Positions 38,875 through 51,711 of a stretch of 64,000 nucleotides of DNA are shown here, piece by piece. The translations under genes and the position numbers were made by a program. The stretch's first letter is position 1. Every line of letters starts with the position of its first letter. Under the pieces are notes generated by a model, which was not told the DNA's origin, made no database searches, and saw only the letters and a program-made list of their open reading frames with translations. Source of the DNA: Mobula hypostoma (lineage: Eukaryota); the NCBI RefSeq assembly GCF_963921235.1, contig NC_086097.1, forward strand, positions 28,460,001-28,524,000, read 5' to 3'.

Positions 38875-39109
38875 CTTAAGTGAGGTCAGAAAAGAAATTC
38901 CAGCACCCCAGTAATCGGGGGAGCAGAGAAAGAGAAATAAGGAAAAAAATGAAATTGAAAACAAAAATTACATTAAATAAAATCATAGCAACAATTCCCC
39001 ATCCCAACCAGAGCTAATTTCATTCTGACTAGAATCATCAATGGAAACTGATTTGCTGCATCATTTCAGTAATAATCATGCAAACTTTTCAAAAACATTA
39101 TTTTCTAAA

Positions 39110-39920
39110 TGTACTGCTTGGCTCAAATGTCATCTATAAGTTTGCCAATGACACCACTGTTGTGGTAGAACCTCAGAGAGCAATGAGGTGGCGTACAGGA
39201 GTGAGATACATGATTGAGTGGCGTCACAACGCTGTGCACGCAGTGTCAGCAAGGCCAAGAACTGACTGCAGGCTTCAGGAGAGGGATGCAGGGTGAACAA
39301 CACCAGTCCTCTTTGGAGGGTCCGTGCTGCAAAGGGTCAGCAGCGCAGGGGCCCTGGGCACCAGCATCTCGAAGAATGCCTCCTGGGCCCAGCAAAGCGA
39401 CCATGAAGAAGGCAAGCCAGCAGCTCTAACTTGTTAGTTTTAGGAGGTTTGGTATGTCACCAAAATACCCTAGCAAATTTCTACGGATGTACGATGATGG
39501 ACAACATGCTGAATGATTGCGTCACAGCCTACCATGGACGCTCCAATGCACAGGATCACGAGGGGCTGCAGAGCGCCGTAGACTCAGCCAGTTCCATCAC
39601 TGGCACAGCCCTCCCGACCACTGGCGATGTCTCCAAAAGGCAGTGCTTCAAGAAGGTGGCATCCATTATTAAGGACCCTCACCATCTGGGACGTGCCCTC
39701 CCTCATTACCATCAGGAAGGTGGTACAAGGTCTTGAAGACCAGCACTCAACAATTTAGAAACAGCTTCTTCCCCACCGTCATCAGATTTCTGAACGGTCC
39801 ATGAACACCACCTTATTATTCATTTTTTGCAACTTATAGTAATTTTATTCCTTTGCACTGTACTTCTGCCACAAAGCAACAAATTGCATGTCACATGCCA
39901 GTGATAACACATCTGATTCT
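39110..39920 (+). mobile_element. Old Rex1/Babar-type LINE fragment
   Basis: IYKFANDTTVV RT motif; ASIIKDPHHLG; heavily mutated. Confidence 0.75.
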
Positions 39921-40400
39921 GGTGCTAATAATCTGGCAAAACTGTTCGTTATTGATGAAAACTGTTGGTTGCTGCTGCTGGTTCCACCAGGCGAGGAGAC
40001 CATCTGCCCTAGTCTGACCGATGCATGACTCCAAACCCACCCCAGACACATAACTGCTTGAAACAGCCTGGTGGACCCCCCAGTTATACTATTATTACGG
40101 CTATACCTATGCGTGACTCCAAACCCACCCCACACACGTAACTGCTTGAAACAGCCTGGTGCATTTCCGAGCTGCACCATTATTTTAAGGCTCACGGTTA
40201 GACAGCAGCAATTCAAGAAAGCAGCTTCTTGAGATCAGTCAGGGCTGGACAATAAACAGGAGACTAGTGGGAGCTTATAGACTCAGCAAGTCCCAAAAGA
40301 GATTGGTATTGCTATTGGAATATTATTGTCAGATGCACGGAGATATACTGAAAATCTTATCTTGGTGGGTGGCTGGGTGGCTGGGTGGGTGGGTGCGGGG

Positions 40401-40402
<2 letters not shown>

Positions 40403-40442
<40 letters not shown>
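40403..40442 (+). repeat. (GT)n microsatellite
   Basis: About 20 GT units. Confidence 0.95.
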
Positions 40443-40444
<2 letters not shown>

Positions 40445-40490
40445 ACGCGCGTGCGCACACATATACCACACACTCAAATATATATATATT

Positions 40491-41362
40491 TTGGTTAATT
40501 ATGCCATTGGTTAATCAGGGCAGCGGCTTATTCAGGATAACTCTTAAGAACAAAAACTTATCAAGAAAATAGCTAGCATTCCCTTAGTTTATTTGGGACA
40601 CTGTGCCACTTAATAGGGCAGGACTCTGTTGCCAATCAGTTTTTAACTAGCGTTGGTCATGTGCACTTTTGCGGCCATTAGACACTACACCGTACTTAGA
40701 GCGAATGGTTTTTAAATAGCGTCAGGTGCATGTGTTAGTTTTCAAAAAGCAATGATTTTTGTCACTGATAGTTGATGAATAGCGAAAGGTTTTTAAATAG
40801 TGTCAGGTGCATGTGTTAATTTTCAAAAAGCAGTGGTTTTTGTCACTGATAGCTGGTGAGTAGTAAACAGCAAAACAATTCAGAACTAGTTTGCTTGCTG
40901 CAGAAATGGCCGGGGGTGAAAATGAAATGATTTCACTACAAATTAGGAACTATGAAAAATTTGAACGTATCAACAATCATCTTGAATATTACAATGAAAA
41001 TGAAGGTCTGAAGGATGCAATCATTGATAACATTGTATGAAAGCACTAGGGATTTTCTGCACTAGGTGTCTGCACTGATTTTGTTCGTTTACAGTCAAAC
41101 AAAAGAACATGGCAGCGTGCATTGGATGAATTCCTCGATTACTAACTATTAGGAACTAATATAGAGTTTTAGATTACTGTAGTCGCATTGATAGTTCTCA
41201 TTTGTTCTGTTTTTCATTTAACTATATAATTTGTTACTCAGTTAGACATTAGGTTGTCTTTTTTGTACCTTTTTAACTATTTCCATGAAACTTTGGCTAA
41301 TTGGGGCAGCTGCTTAATTGAGCCAAAATGTACTTTTCCGGGATGTCCCAATTAACCAGAAC
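40491..41362. mobile_element. Probable non-autonomous Tigger/pogo-like DNA element
   Basis: Imperfect inverted ends ttggttaatt / aattaaccag, subterminal aat(c/t)(a/g)gggcagc motifs, no ORF, internal 80-bp duplication. Confidence 0.5.
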
Positions 41363-42565
41363 ATACAGTGAAAATATATATATTCCTTATTGTGATTTAT
41401 AGTTTTTAATGTACTGCGCTGTACCGCTGGTGCAAAACAGCAAATTTCATGATGCGTGTCAGTGATAACAAACCGGATTCTGATGCAGTGCATTGAAGTG
41501 GAACAAGGTAAAACTATAAAGATGCGAGAATAAAGCTTCACAGCTATGGAGAAAGTGCAGTGCTGGTAAAGAGTAAGTTGCAAGATCCTAATGAGGTAGA
41601 TTGTGAGGTCAAGAGTCTATCTTATCGCACTCTTAATGGGAACAATTTTTAATCTTATGAAGCAGGAATTGCTGAGTGTCTAAATTCACACAAGTCTCTT
41701 CCTTGACACCCTGGTTCAGACCCATCAATGGCAGCTGATGTTACTCATTACTAAGTAAACTTGAGACAGGACTAGGCAACACCGCTGCAAGAGTTACCAA
41801 CATATGGAAAAAACTCAACTTGACCTCTGGGGATGGAGGCCTTTAAAATCCCAATTCAATTTTGACAGAACTCCATCCATAACCATTCACTCACTCTGGA
41901 GCACAGCAGTAGCAGTCTGTATCATCTACAAAAGGCACTGCAGCAACTACCAAGACTCCTTAGACTGCAGCTTCCAAACCCACCACCTCTACCAGCAAGA
42001 AGGACAAAAGCAGTAAAAGCAACTGGACATTGTCCTCCAAGCCACACAGCACCCTAACTTGGAAATATATCACCGTTCCTTCACCGTTTGCTGCGTCAAA
42101 ATTCTGGAGCTCTCTCCCTAACAGCACTGTGGATGTACCCACACCTCAGGGACTGCAGTGGTTCAAGAAGGCAGGTCACCCCTATCTTCTCAGGAGCGAT
42201 TAGGGATGGGCAGTTAAGTATTGGCTCGGAGTGTGAAGACCAGACCTTTGAAGGGTGGGGTCCTTTCCAATCCCAACTCCATGAGTTCAGTCTTAAGGCT
42301 GCATGGTCAACTACACAGTGTGTTCCAGGTAACTTGGGGCAGTCTTATCAGTGACATCCGTGTTCCGAGAACAGCCGAAATAAAATCAATGAACAGTCAA
42401 AGTGAACACAGGAAGACACGGGGTAAATGCAGAAACACCCCTTGGACGACTTGATGAAACTCAGAAAATGCTAATGCACCGAACAGGTGACAGCACTGAA
42501 GCCAATGAACCGGTCTTTGGTTCAGGCCATTCCATGAAGGATCACCACTCACTACTCCACCTTAC

Positions 42566-42783
42566 CTTTGCTGGGTGTACATGGAGATGGTTCCTCCAGT
42601 GAGTTGGATCCTTGTGAGGATTCATCCAGACTCGCTCTCTGTCCCTGAGAAGCATTCGGCCCGGTCGCGACCTCTGCTGGTTCCATTTGGCGGGCCTGCC
42701 CTTCGACGGCCTGCTTCTTGGCACTCTCCTTTCTGGGTTTCATGAGCTTAACCAATGCCTTTGCCGTCACCCAGTTGTTCTTC
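42566..42783 (-). CDS. CCDC88C: Daple exon (218 nt, phase 2-1)
   Basis: ttctttccccaaag acceptor, AAG|gtaagg donor; KNNWVTAKALVKLMKPRKE resembles the Daple-type AKALVKL.KPKKE motif. Confidence 0.94.
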
Positions 42784-43699
42784 CTTTGGGGAAAGAAAAA
42801 CAATTAACTTGTTACCAACCTTAAAGAGAATCTTATTTTGCTGCTGAACATAATGAAAGCCTGAAGAAACAGTGGCAATTTCATCACAGCATCCATATCA
42901 AGCCTTCTCTCAGCTGCCTCCACTTCAAAGAAAACACACCCACCTTATCTACCTGTGCTGTTATCTTTAGGGAACCTTGGACATGAACATCCAAATCCCT
43001 CTGTTCCTCAAAACTTCCCAAGGATCTAACATTCATTGTGTATACTTTACCCTCAGTAGTACTCCCAAAATCACCATAAATTTATCCGGATTAGATTCCA
43101 TCTGCCAGCATCTTACCAAGTGATGAATATCAAATAGTTGCCTAGTCCATTCTGGTCAGCATGGACCTGTTGGGCCGAAGGGCCTGTTTCCAGTCTGTAT
43201 GACACTATGACCATCTTCTTCACTATCAATAACACTACGGATCACTTGCAAACTTACTAATTGTAGCTCATATCTAGATTGCTCATGCACTGAGGAACTG
43301 CATTACATTCAAAGGTTGAATAGATTAGGATTTTATCCCCCGGAACATATGAGAGTGGGGGGAGGTGTTGTAGAGGTATACAAAATAATGAGGGGTATAG
43401 AGAGGGTAAATGCATGCAGGCTTTTTCTACTGAAGTTGAGTGAAACTAGAACTAGAGCTCATAGGTTAAAGGTGAAAGGTGAAATACTTGAGGAGAATCT
43501 GAGGAGGGAACCTCTTCACTCAAAAGCTGGTGTGAGTGTGGAACGAGCTACCTGTGGAAGTGGTGGATGTGGGTTTGATTGCAGCATTTACGAGATGGAT
43601 TGGAGGGATTGTAGAGGGCGCTAGTCCAGGTGAGGGTCAATGTAGAGGGCTCTGGTCCAGGTGAGGGTCAATGTAGAGGGCTCTGGTCCAGGTGAGGGC

Positions 43700-44350
43700 C
43701 AACATGGCGGCGCGATGGTATGATATCTGTTATCTGTCAAGTAGGGGATGGTGCACAATTCTGATTCGATGCAGACAGACGTGAGAGCACAGAGGAACAT
43801 CTGGAAAACTTCTGAAATGCCCGCTTCGCTGCCGCTGCTACTGTGTGGTAACCAGAATCTCCGGAGCTGAAGGCCCTGAAATCCTCGGCTTTGCATGTTT
43901 CAGTGGCCGGGGCAAGGTCGAAGGCGCTCAGTAGAGGATGGCGCTCGGCAGGCTGTATCGGAAGGGCTGGGTCGGAAGCTCGGTGTTTTCGGCTGGATGG
44001 ACTCAGGGTCGGCTGTGGTCGGCTGCTTCCAAGGCATCGGCAAGTTGACGGTGCCTGGAGGTTTATGGCAGGGAGTTTCTCCCTTTTGCCGCCTGCTATC
44101 GGGCACTCGGGAGTTGATCGACTCGGGACTTTTTTACTGTGCCTCAAAGATTTGTTCTTCATCAAATCATGGTATTGCTTTGCATTGCTGTAACTATATG
44201 TTATAATTATGTGGTTCTGTCAGTGTTAGTCTTCGGTTTGTCCTGTTTTCTGTGATATCACTCTGGAGAAACATTGTATCATTTCTTAATGCATGTATGC
44301 ATTTCTAAATGACAATAAAAGAGGACTGAGTGTTGTCATAATCTAATCTG
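43700..44350 (+). mobile_element. About 650-bp non-coding retroposon, copy 1
   Basis: Starts aacatggcggcgcg; ends gacaataaaagaggactg...(taatc)n; homologous to 47253-47856. Confidence 0.8.
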
Positions 44351-44821
44351 ACGTAGAGGGCTCTGGTCCATTCACGAGATGGATTGGAGGGATTGTAGAG
44401 AGCTCTGGTCCAGGTGAGGGTCAATGCGACCACGCAGAATAACAGTTCAGCATTGACTAAGAGTCCTTTTGCACTGTAGTGCTCTATGATTCTGCAACAA
44501 ACAGTAAGGGACACCGGTACTGATCTTTGAGGTACACCACAGACCTCCAACCACAACAGCAGCCCTCCACCATCACCCTCTACCTCCTGTTACTGAGACA
44601 GTCTTGCAACCAATTTGCCATCTTGCCTTGGATCACGTGAGCTTCAACATTTAACCATTTTCCCGAGATGACCTCAAATGCCTTAGTGAAGTCCAGGAAG
44701 ACCACATAAACCACACCACGCTCATCAGTAGCTCTTGTCCACATTGAGGGAGGGTTTTCGCTCATTACCCGTGACACAGAGGCACCTCACAGACTATTTA
44801 ATTTGCTAAGTAAGGCGTTAC

Positions 44822-44911
44822 CTTTTTGGAGTTGCCTCATAGAATTTATACTGGTCCATTATTTTCTCTTCCAATTTCTCCTTTTGCCTTCGAAGGGAGT
44901 TTAACCTGTCT
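44822..44911 (-). CDS. CCDC88C: Daple exon (90 nt, phase 2-2)
   Basis: ctttttcag acceptor, AAG|gtaacg donor; [29 protein letters not shown], the conserved end of the coiled coil. Confidence 0.95.
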
Positions 44912-45854
44912 CTGAAAAAGGAAATGAAAGTATGACAATTGATTATTACAGGATTCCTGAGAGTTCAATGTCAACCAAGAGCAAGCCTCCAAGTTCTGCT
45001 CCCTACAGTGGGGGAAATCTAGGGCCAGAGGTCACAGCCTCAGAATAGAAGGATATTCCTTTAGAACAGAAATGAGGAGGGATACCTTTAGCCAGAGAGT
45101 GGTGAATCTGTGGAATTCATTGCCACAGCCAGCTTTGAATGCCATGTCATTGGGTACAGTTAAAGTGGAAACTGATAGGCTCTTGATTAGCCAGGGCATC
45201 AAAGGTTACTGGGAGAAGACAGGAGAATGGGGTTGAGAGGGATAATAAATCAGCCAAGATAGGCTGAATAGCTTAATCCTACTCTTATGCATTATGGTCT
45301 GGTAGTCTTCTGCAATTCCAATTTAGGGATAAGGAGTGTTAATTTCTTGCCCTTTCCTGGTTGCAGTGAGAGATTTTCAGTGTGAGTCTCCACAGTTCAT
45401 CTGTAGTGCTACTAGGAATGAACTGTCTGAGCCATATTCATACATGAACTGAAATGAGTATACTATGATAGGTAGCATCCTCACATCAGCAATTACATCT
45501 GGCTTGGGGCAGCATCCTCTCTCAATATACAGAAGCTACAGTGAGCTGTCAGGTCAGCAGAAAATGTCATTGGCTGCAGCCTACCACCACTGCAGGACTT
45601 GTGTATGTTCAGGACAAAGAAGTGGGCAGGAAAATTGTGGCAAACACTACCCAATGCCTCTTCTAAAAGCTCCCTGCTGGAGAGCACCAAAGGGCAATTA
45701 AAACAAAAACCATGCTATCCTAAAAAATTCTTCCCTCAGATCAGATTAATCTGATCAATCATTCTAGTTACCCCCCCCACTGCCCCATCTGCTACCCCAT
45801 CACTGCACTATAACACTTCAAAACACTAATATAATGCTGTTTATGTTGTAAATT

Positions 45855-47998
45855 CAGTGCCTATAAAAAGTATTTAACCCTTGGAAGTTTTCATGTTTTG
45901 TATTTTTATAGCAGTGGATTTAATTTGGCTTTTTTGACAATAATCAAAGTGAAAACAGATCTCTACAAAGTGATCTAAATTAATTACAAATATAAAACAC
46001 AAAATAATTGATTGCATGAGTATTCATCCCCTTTAGTATAACACACCAAATCATCGCTGATGCAGCCAATTGGTTTTAGAAGTTGCATAATTAGTTAAAT
46101 GGAGATCACCTGCATGTAGTCAAGATGTTTCAACTGATTGTAGAAAAAATATACCTGTATCTGGAAAGTCTGTATCCTGGCAAAAACAACATGAAGACAA
46201 AAGAACACTCCAAGCATCTCCGCAAGAAGTTTATTAAAAAGCACAAATCAGGAGATAGATACAATAAAATTTCTGCCACTGAATATCCCTTGGAGTACAG
46301 TTAAGTCAATCATCAAGAAATGGAAAGAATATGGCTTAGCTGTAAATTGGCCTAGAGCAGGTCGTCCTTAAAAACTGAGTGACCGTGCAAGAAGGGGACT
46401 AGTGAGGGAGGCCACCAGGAGACCTATGACAACTCTGGAGGAGTTACAAGCTTCAGTGGCTGAGATGGGAGAGGCTGCCCATACAAAAACTGTTGCCCGG
46501 GTGCTTCACCAGTCACAGCTTTATGGGAGAGTGGCAAAGAGGAGCCATTGTTGAAAAAAATGCACATGAAATCTTGGCTCGAGTTTGCCAAAAGGCATGT
46601 GGGAGACTCTAAAGTCAGCTGGAAGGAGGTTCTATGTCCTGATGAAACCAAAATTGAGCTTTCTGGCCATCAGACTAAATGTGGCGTAAGTGAAATACTG
46701 AACATCATGAAAACAAAACGTCATCCATAAAGCATGGTGGTGGCTGCGTCATGCTGTGGGGATGCTTCACTACAGCAGGCCCTGGGAGGCTTGTGAAGGC
46801 AGAGGGTAAAATGAATGCAGCAAAATACAGGGAAATCCTGGAGGAAAACCTGACGCAGTCTGCAAGAGAACTGTGACTTAGGAGAAGATTTGTTTTCCAG
46901 GAAGACAATGACACCAAGCATAAAGCCAAAGCTACACAGGAATGGCTTAAAAACAACAAAGTTAATGTGCTGGACTGGCCAAGTCAGAGTCCAGACCTCA
47001 ATCCCATTGAGACTTTATGGCTGGACTTGAAAAGGGCTGCTCACTCACGTTCCCCATGCAATTTGACAGGGCTTGAGCAGTTTTGTAAAGAAGAATGGGG
47101 AAAAATGTGCAAAGCTGATAGAGATTTATCCACACAGACTCAAGGATGTAATTGCTGCCAAACATGCATCTGCTAAATATTGATTTGAAAGGGATGAATA
47201 ATTAAGCAATCAATTATTCTGTGTCTAATAATTGTAATACATTTAGACCAATGGAGGGAGAAGATGGCGGCACGACGCAGCGCGCACGGCTGTTCCGAAT
47301 GAATATCGTATGTGTAACTAGGGGGCCGTGCACAATCCGGATTTGATGGAGACAGCCATGAGAAGCACAGAGGAACATCTGGAGAAACTTCTGAAATGCC
47401 CGCTTCGCTGCCACTGCTACTGTGCGATCGAGAATCTCCGGAGACCAAGGCCCCAAATCCTCAGCTTTGCCTATTGCCGGGGCCGGGGTCGGCAGAGATG
47501 GCGCTCGGTGTCGGACAGCTGGTCGGAGGCTTGGAGTTTTCAGATGGACTGTGGTCGGATGCTCCCAGTATGCTGCACCAGCAAGTTGGCGGTGCTGGAG
47601 GTTTACCGTCTGCGTGAGATGATGGGACTTTCGAGAGACTTTGAGACTTTTACTGTGCCATGGTCTGTTCTTATCAGATTATGGTATTGCTTTGCACTGT
47701 TGTAACTATATGTTATAACTATGTGGTTTTTGTTAGCTTTTAAGTCAGTTTGTCATGTGTTTCCGTGATATCATTCTGGAAAAACATTGTATCATTTCTT
47801 AATGCATGCATTACTAAATGACAATAAAAGAGAACTGCGTGTCCTCATAATCATAATTTGTAGAAATTTGTTTTCATTTCACTTTGACATGAAAGAGTCT
47901 TTTTCTGTTGATCAGTGTCAAAAAAGCCAAATTAAATCCACTGTGGTTCAATGTTGTAAAACAATAAAACATGAAAACTTCCAAGGGGGGTGAATACT
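45855..47998 (+). mobile_element. Tc1 (IR/DR-type) DNA transposon with pseudogenised transposase
   Basis: About 200-bp TIRs starting cagtgcctataaaaagtatt; MKTKEHSK start at 46191; [17 protein letters not shown] and [12 protein letters not shown] catalytic motifs; stops and frameshifts; tip of the right TIR missing. Confidence 0.92.
47253..47856 (+). mobile_element. About 600-bp non-coding retroposon, copy 2, inserted in the Tc1 right TIR
   Basis: gagggagaagatggcggc start; AATAAA plus cataatcataat tail; splits TIR sequence that is contiguous in the left TIR. Confidence 0.85.
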
Positions 47999-50144
47999 CT
48001 GGTTTCCTCCCATCTTTCAAAGACGTACGGGTCAGGATGAGTGAGTTGTGGGCACGCTATGTTAGCACCGGAAGCATGGCGACACCTGTGGACTGCCCCC
48101 AGCATTCCTCAGACTGTGTTGGTCATTAATACAAAACAATGCATTTGGTGTATGTTTCCATGTACAGATGCTATATATAGATAATCTAATCTAATCTGCC
48201 TCTTCATTTGACACCTTGACAGGTTTTCATAGGATGGGAAGTGTATCTCACCAGTACATCACTGAACCAGTACTGCAAAGTGGGGATAATGATCTTTTGA
48301 AGCGGGTTTAAATTTGCCAATGTGTTTGATGCCTAAGAGCTTTAACTTTTAATCAGTTTCCTGCATGGGTCCTTGCCAGAGACCACATAAACCACACTGC
48401 CCTTATCAAATATGTCTTGCCTATGGAATTTAAGTTTTACTAAAGTGAAAACAAGAATTTAAAAAAAGTTACAAGGGTAATGATGTCTAAGAAGCAATTG
48501 GGATGTTGTAAAGGCTTGTCTGATTCACTGAAGGGAAGAAGCCAGTCAGGCCTCTATTAAACTCCAGATTGTGATTGCCTCATGCACTCTTTAGAATGGC
48601 CTTATTAGTGACCCAGTTCAAGGTGCATTAGTAAAACTAAATGTAAATAAATAATATTGAGAACATGAGTTGTAGAGTTCTTGAGAGTAAGTCCTTGAAA
48701 TCAGTTCAGAGTTGATGTGACTGAAGCTATCCACGCTGGTTCAGGAGCCTGATGGTTGATGGTCGAAGGGTAATAACTATTCCTGTAACTAGTGGTGTGG
48801 GATCCAAGGTTTCTGTACCCTCTTTCTGAGGACAGCAGCGGGAGGAGACCATGGCTTGGTTGGTGGGCTCCTTGTTAATGGGCGGGGGGGCGGGAATCTT
48901 TGCCTGTAATGTACTGGGCTGTATCCATTCATAGGCATTGATGTTTCCATTCTTATACCATGTCAGGAAAATTCCTACCTTCCAGTTCAATTTTGTACAC
49001 ATGCAGCTAGAGCAGTCACAGGGGCTGGAGGACACTCAGTCAGTGATCTCTCAAAGATCAGGATTTGCTGTTTCTTGTCCTTCCACCAAAACCTATTAAA
49101 GGGTGTTCGAACTGGTCTCAAACTAGAGACTAATCTGGGCCATGCCATTCAGGTACAGAAGCCTGAAGTCCCCACACCACCAGCTTCAGGAACAGCTACT
49201 TCCCTTCAATCATTTGGCTCTTGAACTGACTGGCACAACCCTAATCACTACCTTGGTATAACAACTCAGTGACCACTCTGATCAATTTACAATGAAATTG
49301 ACTTTTTTGTTTATTTGTGATTCCTTTCTTGTAAAAATTGTGTATAATTTATGCCATTATGAATTTCTTGAGAATTCTGCCTATATCATGCTCCATGCAA
49401 TTTGTTTTGTTTGTGAATACTGCTTATCTGGTGACATATACCTGTGATGCTGCTGCATGCAAGTTTATGATTGCATCTGTGTATTGTCTACAGATGACAA
49501 TAAACTCAACTTCAACTTATGATCCAATTACAGTAGTACTCTGAGTAATTGTCTTTTTATGACCTACCATTAAAATCTTATTGTTCCCCTACACTATTGA
49601 CAATTTCCCAATTTGCTCCTCTCACTCTTGCTGACTATTGGTGAGTCAATAGTATAATTTCATTCAAGTGATCACTAATTTCTTATTTTTAAGTTCTACT
49701 CACATAGCCTTGCTGGATTCAATATTGTCAGGTTCAGGAATGGCTACGGCCCTTCAACCATTTAGTTCTTGAACTAACCAGCAAAACCCTAATCACTACA
49801 GTTCTACAACCACTTTGATCACTTTTCACTGAAATGGACTTTGTTTCCTCTTTTGTTCTTTTCCTCTTAAAAAAATGTGTAGTTTGTTTACCTTGCGAAC
49901 GCTGCTTATCTGATACTCAGTGTCTGCGATGAAGGTTTTCTTTGCACCTGTACATTTATGGTCTTGTGCAGACAACAATAAACTCGACTTTGGGAATGTC
50001 ATTGAACAGCGATAGTGGGCAAGAACAGGAAACGAGGCGAGGTACAGAAATCTGAAGTCCCACACCTCAAGTTCAAAAGCAGCTACTTCTTTTCAACCAT
50101 TTGCTTCTTGAACCAACCAGTAAGTTGGTTCAAGAAGGCAGCTT

Positions 50145-50612
50145 GAGCCTGGGGCAGCAGGCTGAGGGTAGCAGACACCAACAGAATCAACAAACTCATT
50201 CGTAAGGCCAGTGATGTTGTGGGGATGGAACTGGACTCTCTGACGGTGGTGTCTGAAAAGAGGATGCTGTCTAAGTTGCTTGCCATCTTGGTCAATGTCT
50301 CCCATCCACTACATAACGTACTGTTTGGGCACAGGAGTACATTCAGCCAGAGACTCATTCCACCGAGATGCAACACAGAGCGTCATAGGAAGTCATTCCT
50401 GCCTGTGGCCATCAAACTTTACAACTCCTCCCTTGGAGGGTCAGACACCCTGAGCCAATAGGCTGGTCCTGGACTTATTTCATAATTTACTGGCATAATT
50501 TACATATTACTATTTAACTATTTATGGTTTTACTACTATTTATTATTAACAGTGCAACTGTAATGAAAACCAATTTCCCCCGGGATCAATAAAGTATATG
50601 ACTATGACTATG
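50145..50612 (+). mobile_element. Rex1/Babar-type LINE 3' end
   Basis: SHPLHNVL...IPPRCNTERHRKSFLPVAIKLYNSS; AATAAA plus (ATGACT)n tail. Confidence 0.82.
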
Positions 50613-50888
50613 ACCCCAATCACTACAGTTCAGCAAAACCATGGCTACTTCGATCACTTTATACTAAAATAGACTTAGATTCTTTTCTCTTTATTCTACG
50701 TTTTTCTTGTAAAAGTTGTGTGCAATTTGTTTTCCCTGTGAACAGGCCTGTGACGTTGCTGTAAGAAACTTTTCATTCACCTGTTTGTACATGTATGTGT
50801 GCATGTGGCAATAAACTTGACTTGGGAATGCTGTCACACAAGAAACCTGGGAGGACAAGAAACGAGGCCGTATCAGCCCTTGACTCAC

Positions 50889-51034
50889 ATATACCGCTTC
50901 TGTTCCTCGTGGTAGACTTCCCTGCTCTCCATGGACCGCTCGAGGAGGTTTTGATTCTGCTGATTCAGCGTCTGGACCTGACTCAGCAGAAAGTGATTCT
51001 CCTCCTCCAGGTTGCTCTTCAGCTGAGTCAGCAG
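50889..51034 (-). CDS. CCDC88C: Daple exon (146 nt, phase 0-2)
   Basis: tttgcaaag acceptor, AT|gtgagt donor; LLTQLKSNLEEENHFLLSQVQTL...YHEEQKRY, a conserved CCDC88 segment. Confidence 0.95.
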
Positions 51035-51711
51035 CTTTGCAAAAGGAAGACCAGAGAAAGAGAACAAGAGTGAGAAATGGAGACAGAGACTAGAGTCTGT
51101 CTCCCCAGCCCAAAGTCGAAGGGTTCTGACAACATGTGCCTGAGGAAGATTACAAAGTTCTTGGCTCAGAATAGTTTGCCATCAATAAGTAAACTTATTA
51201 ACATTTAGGAATATATAAATATAAGATGGCAAATGGTGTTTTGGCCCTGAGGTAATATTGCAAGTCTGTAAAACCCAGGTTAGACCACACTTAGAGTACT
51301 GCGTTCAGTTTTGGTTGCCACATTATAGGAAGGATGTGGAAAAATTAAGAAGGTGCAGAGGAGATTTACCAGTTTGCTGCCTAGATTGGAGAACATGTCT
51401 CATGAGGATAGGCTGGGTGAGCTCTTTTCTGTTTGGAGTGAAGAAGGATTAAAGTTGGGATGGTAGTTGTGTATAAGATGATAACAGGCAGAGATCGAGT
51501 GGACAGCCAGAGACTTGTCCCAGGGTGGTAATGGCTGATAGGAAGGGGCACAATTTTAAGGTGATTGAAGAAAAGTATAGGGAGAGATGTCAGAGGTTTT
51601 TTTCACACACACAAAGTGGTGGGTGCATGGAATGCCCTCACAGGGGTGATGGTAGGAGCAGATACATTAGGGACATTTAAGAAACTCCTAGGCACATGGG
51701 TGGCAAAGTGT

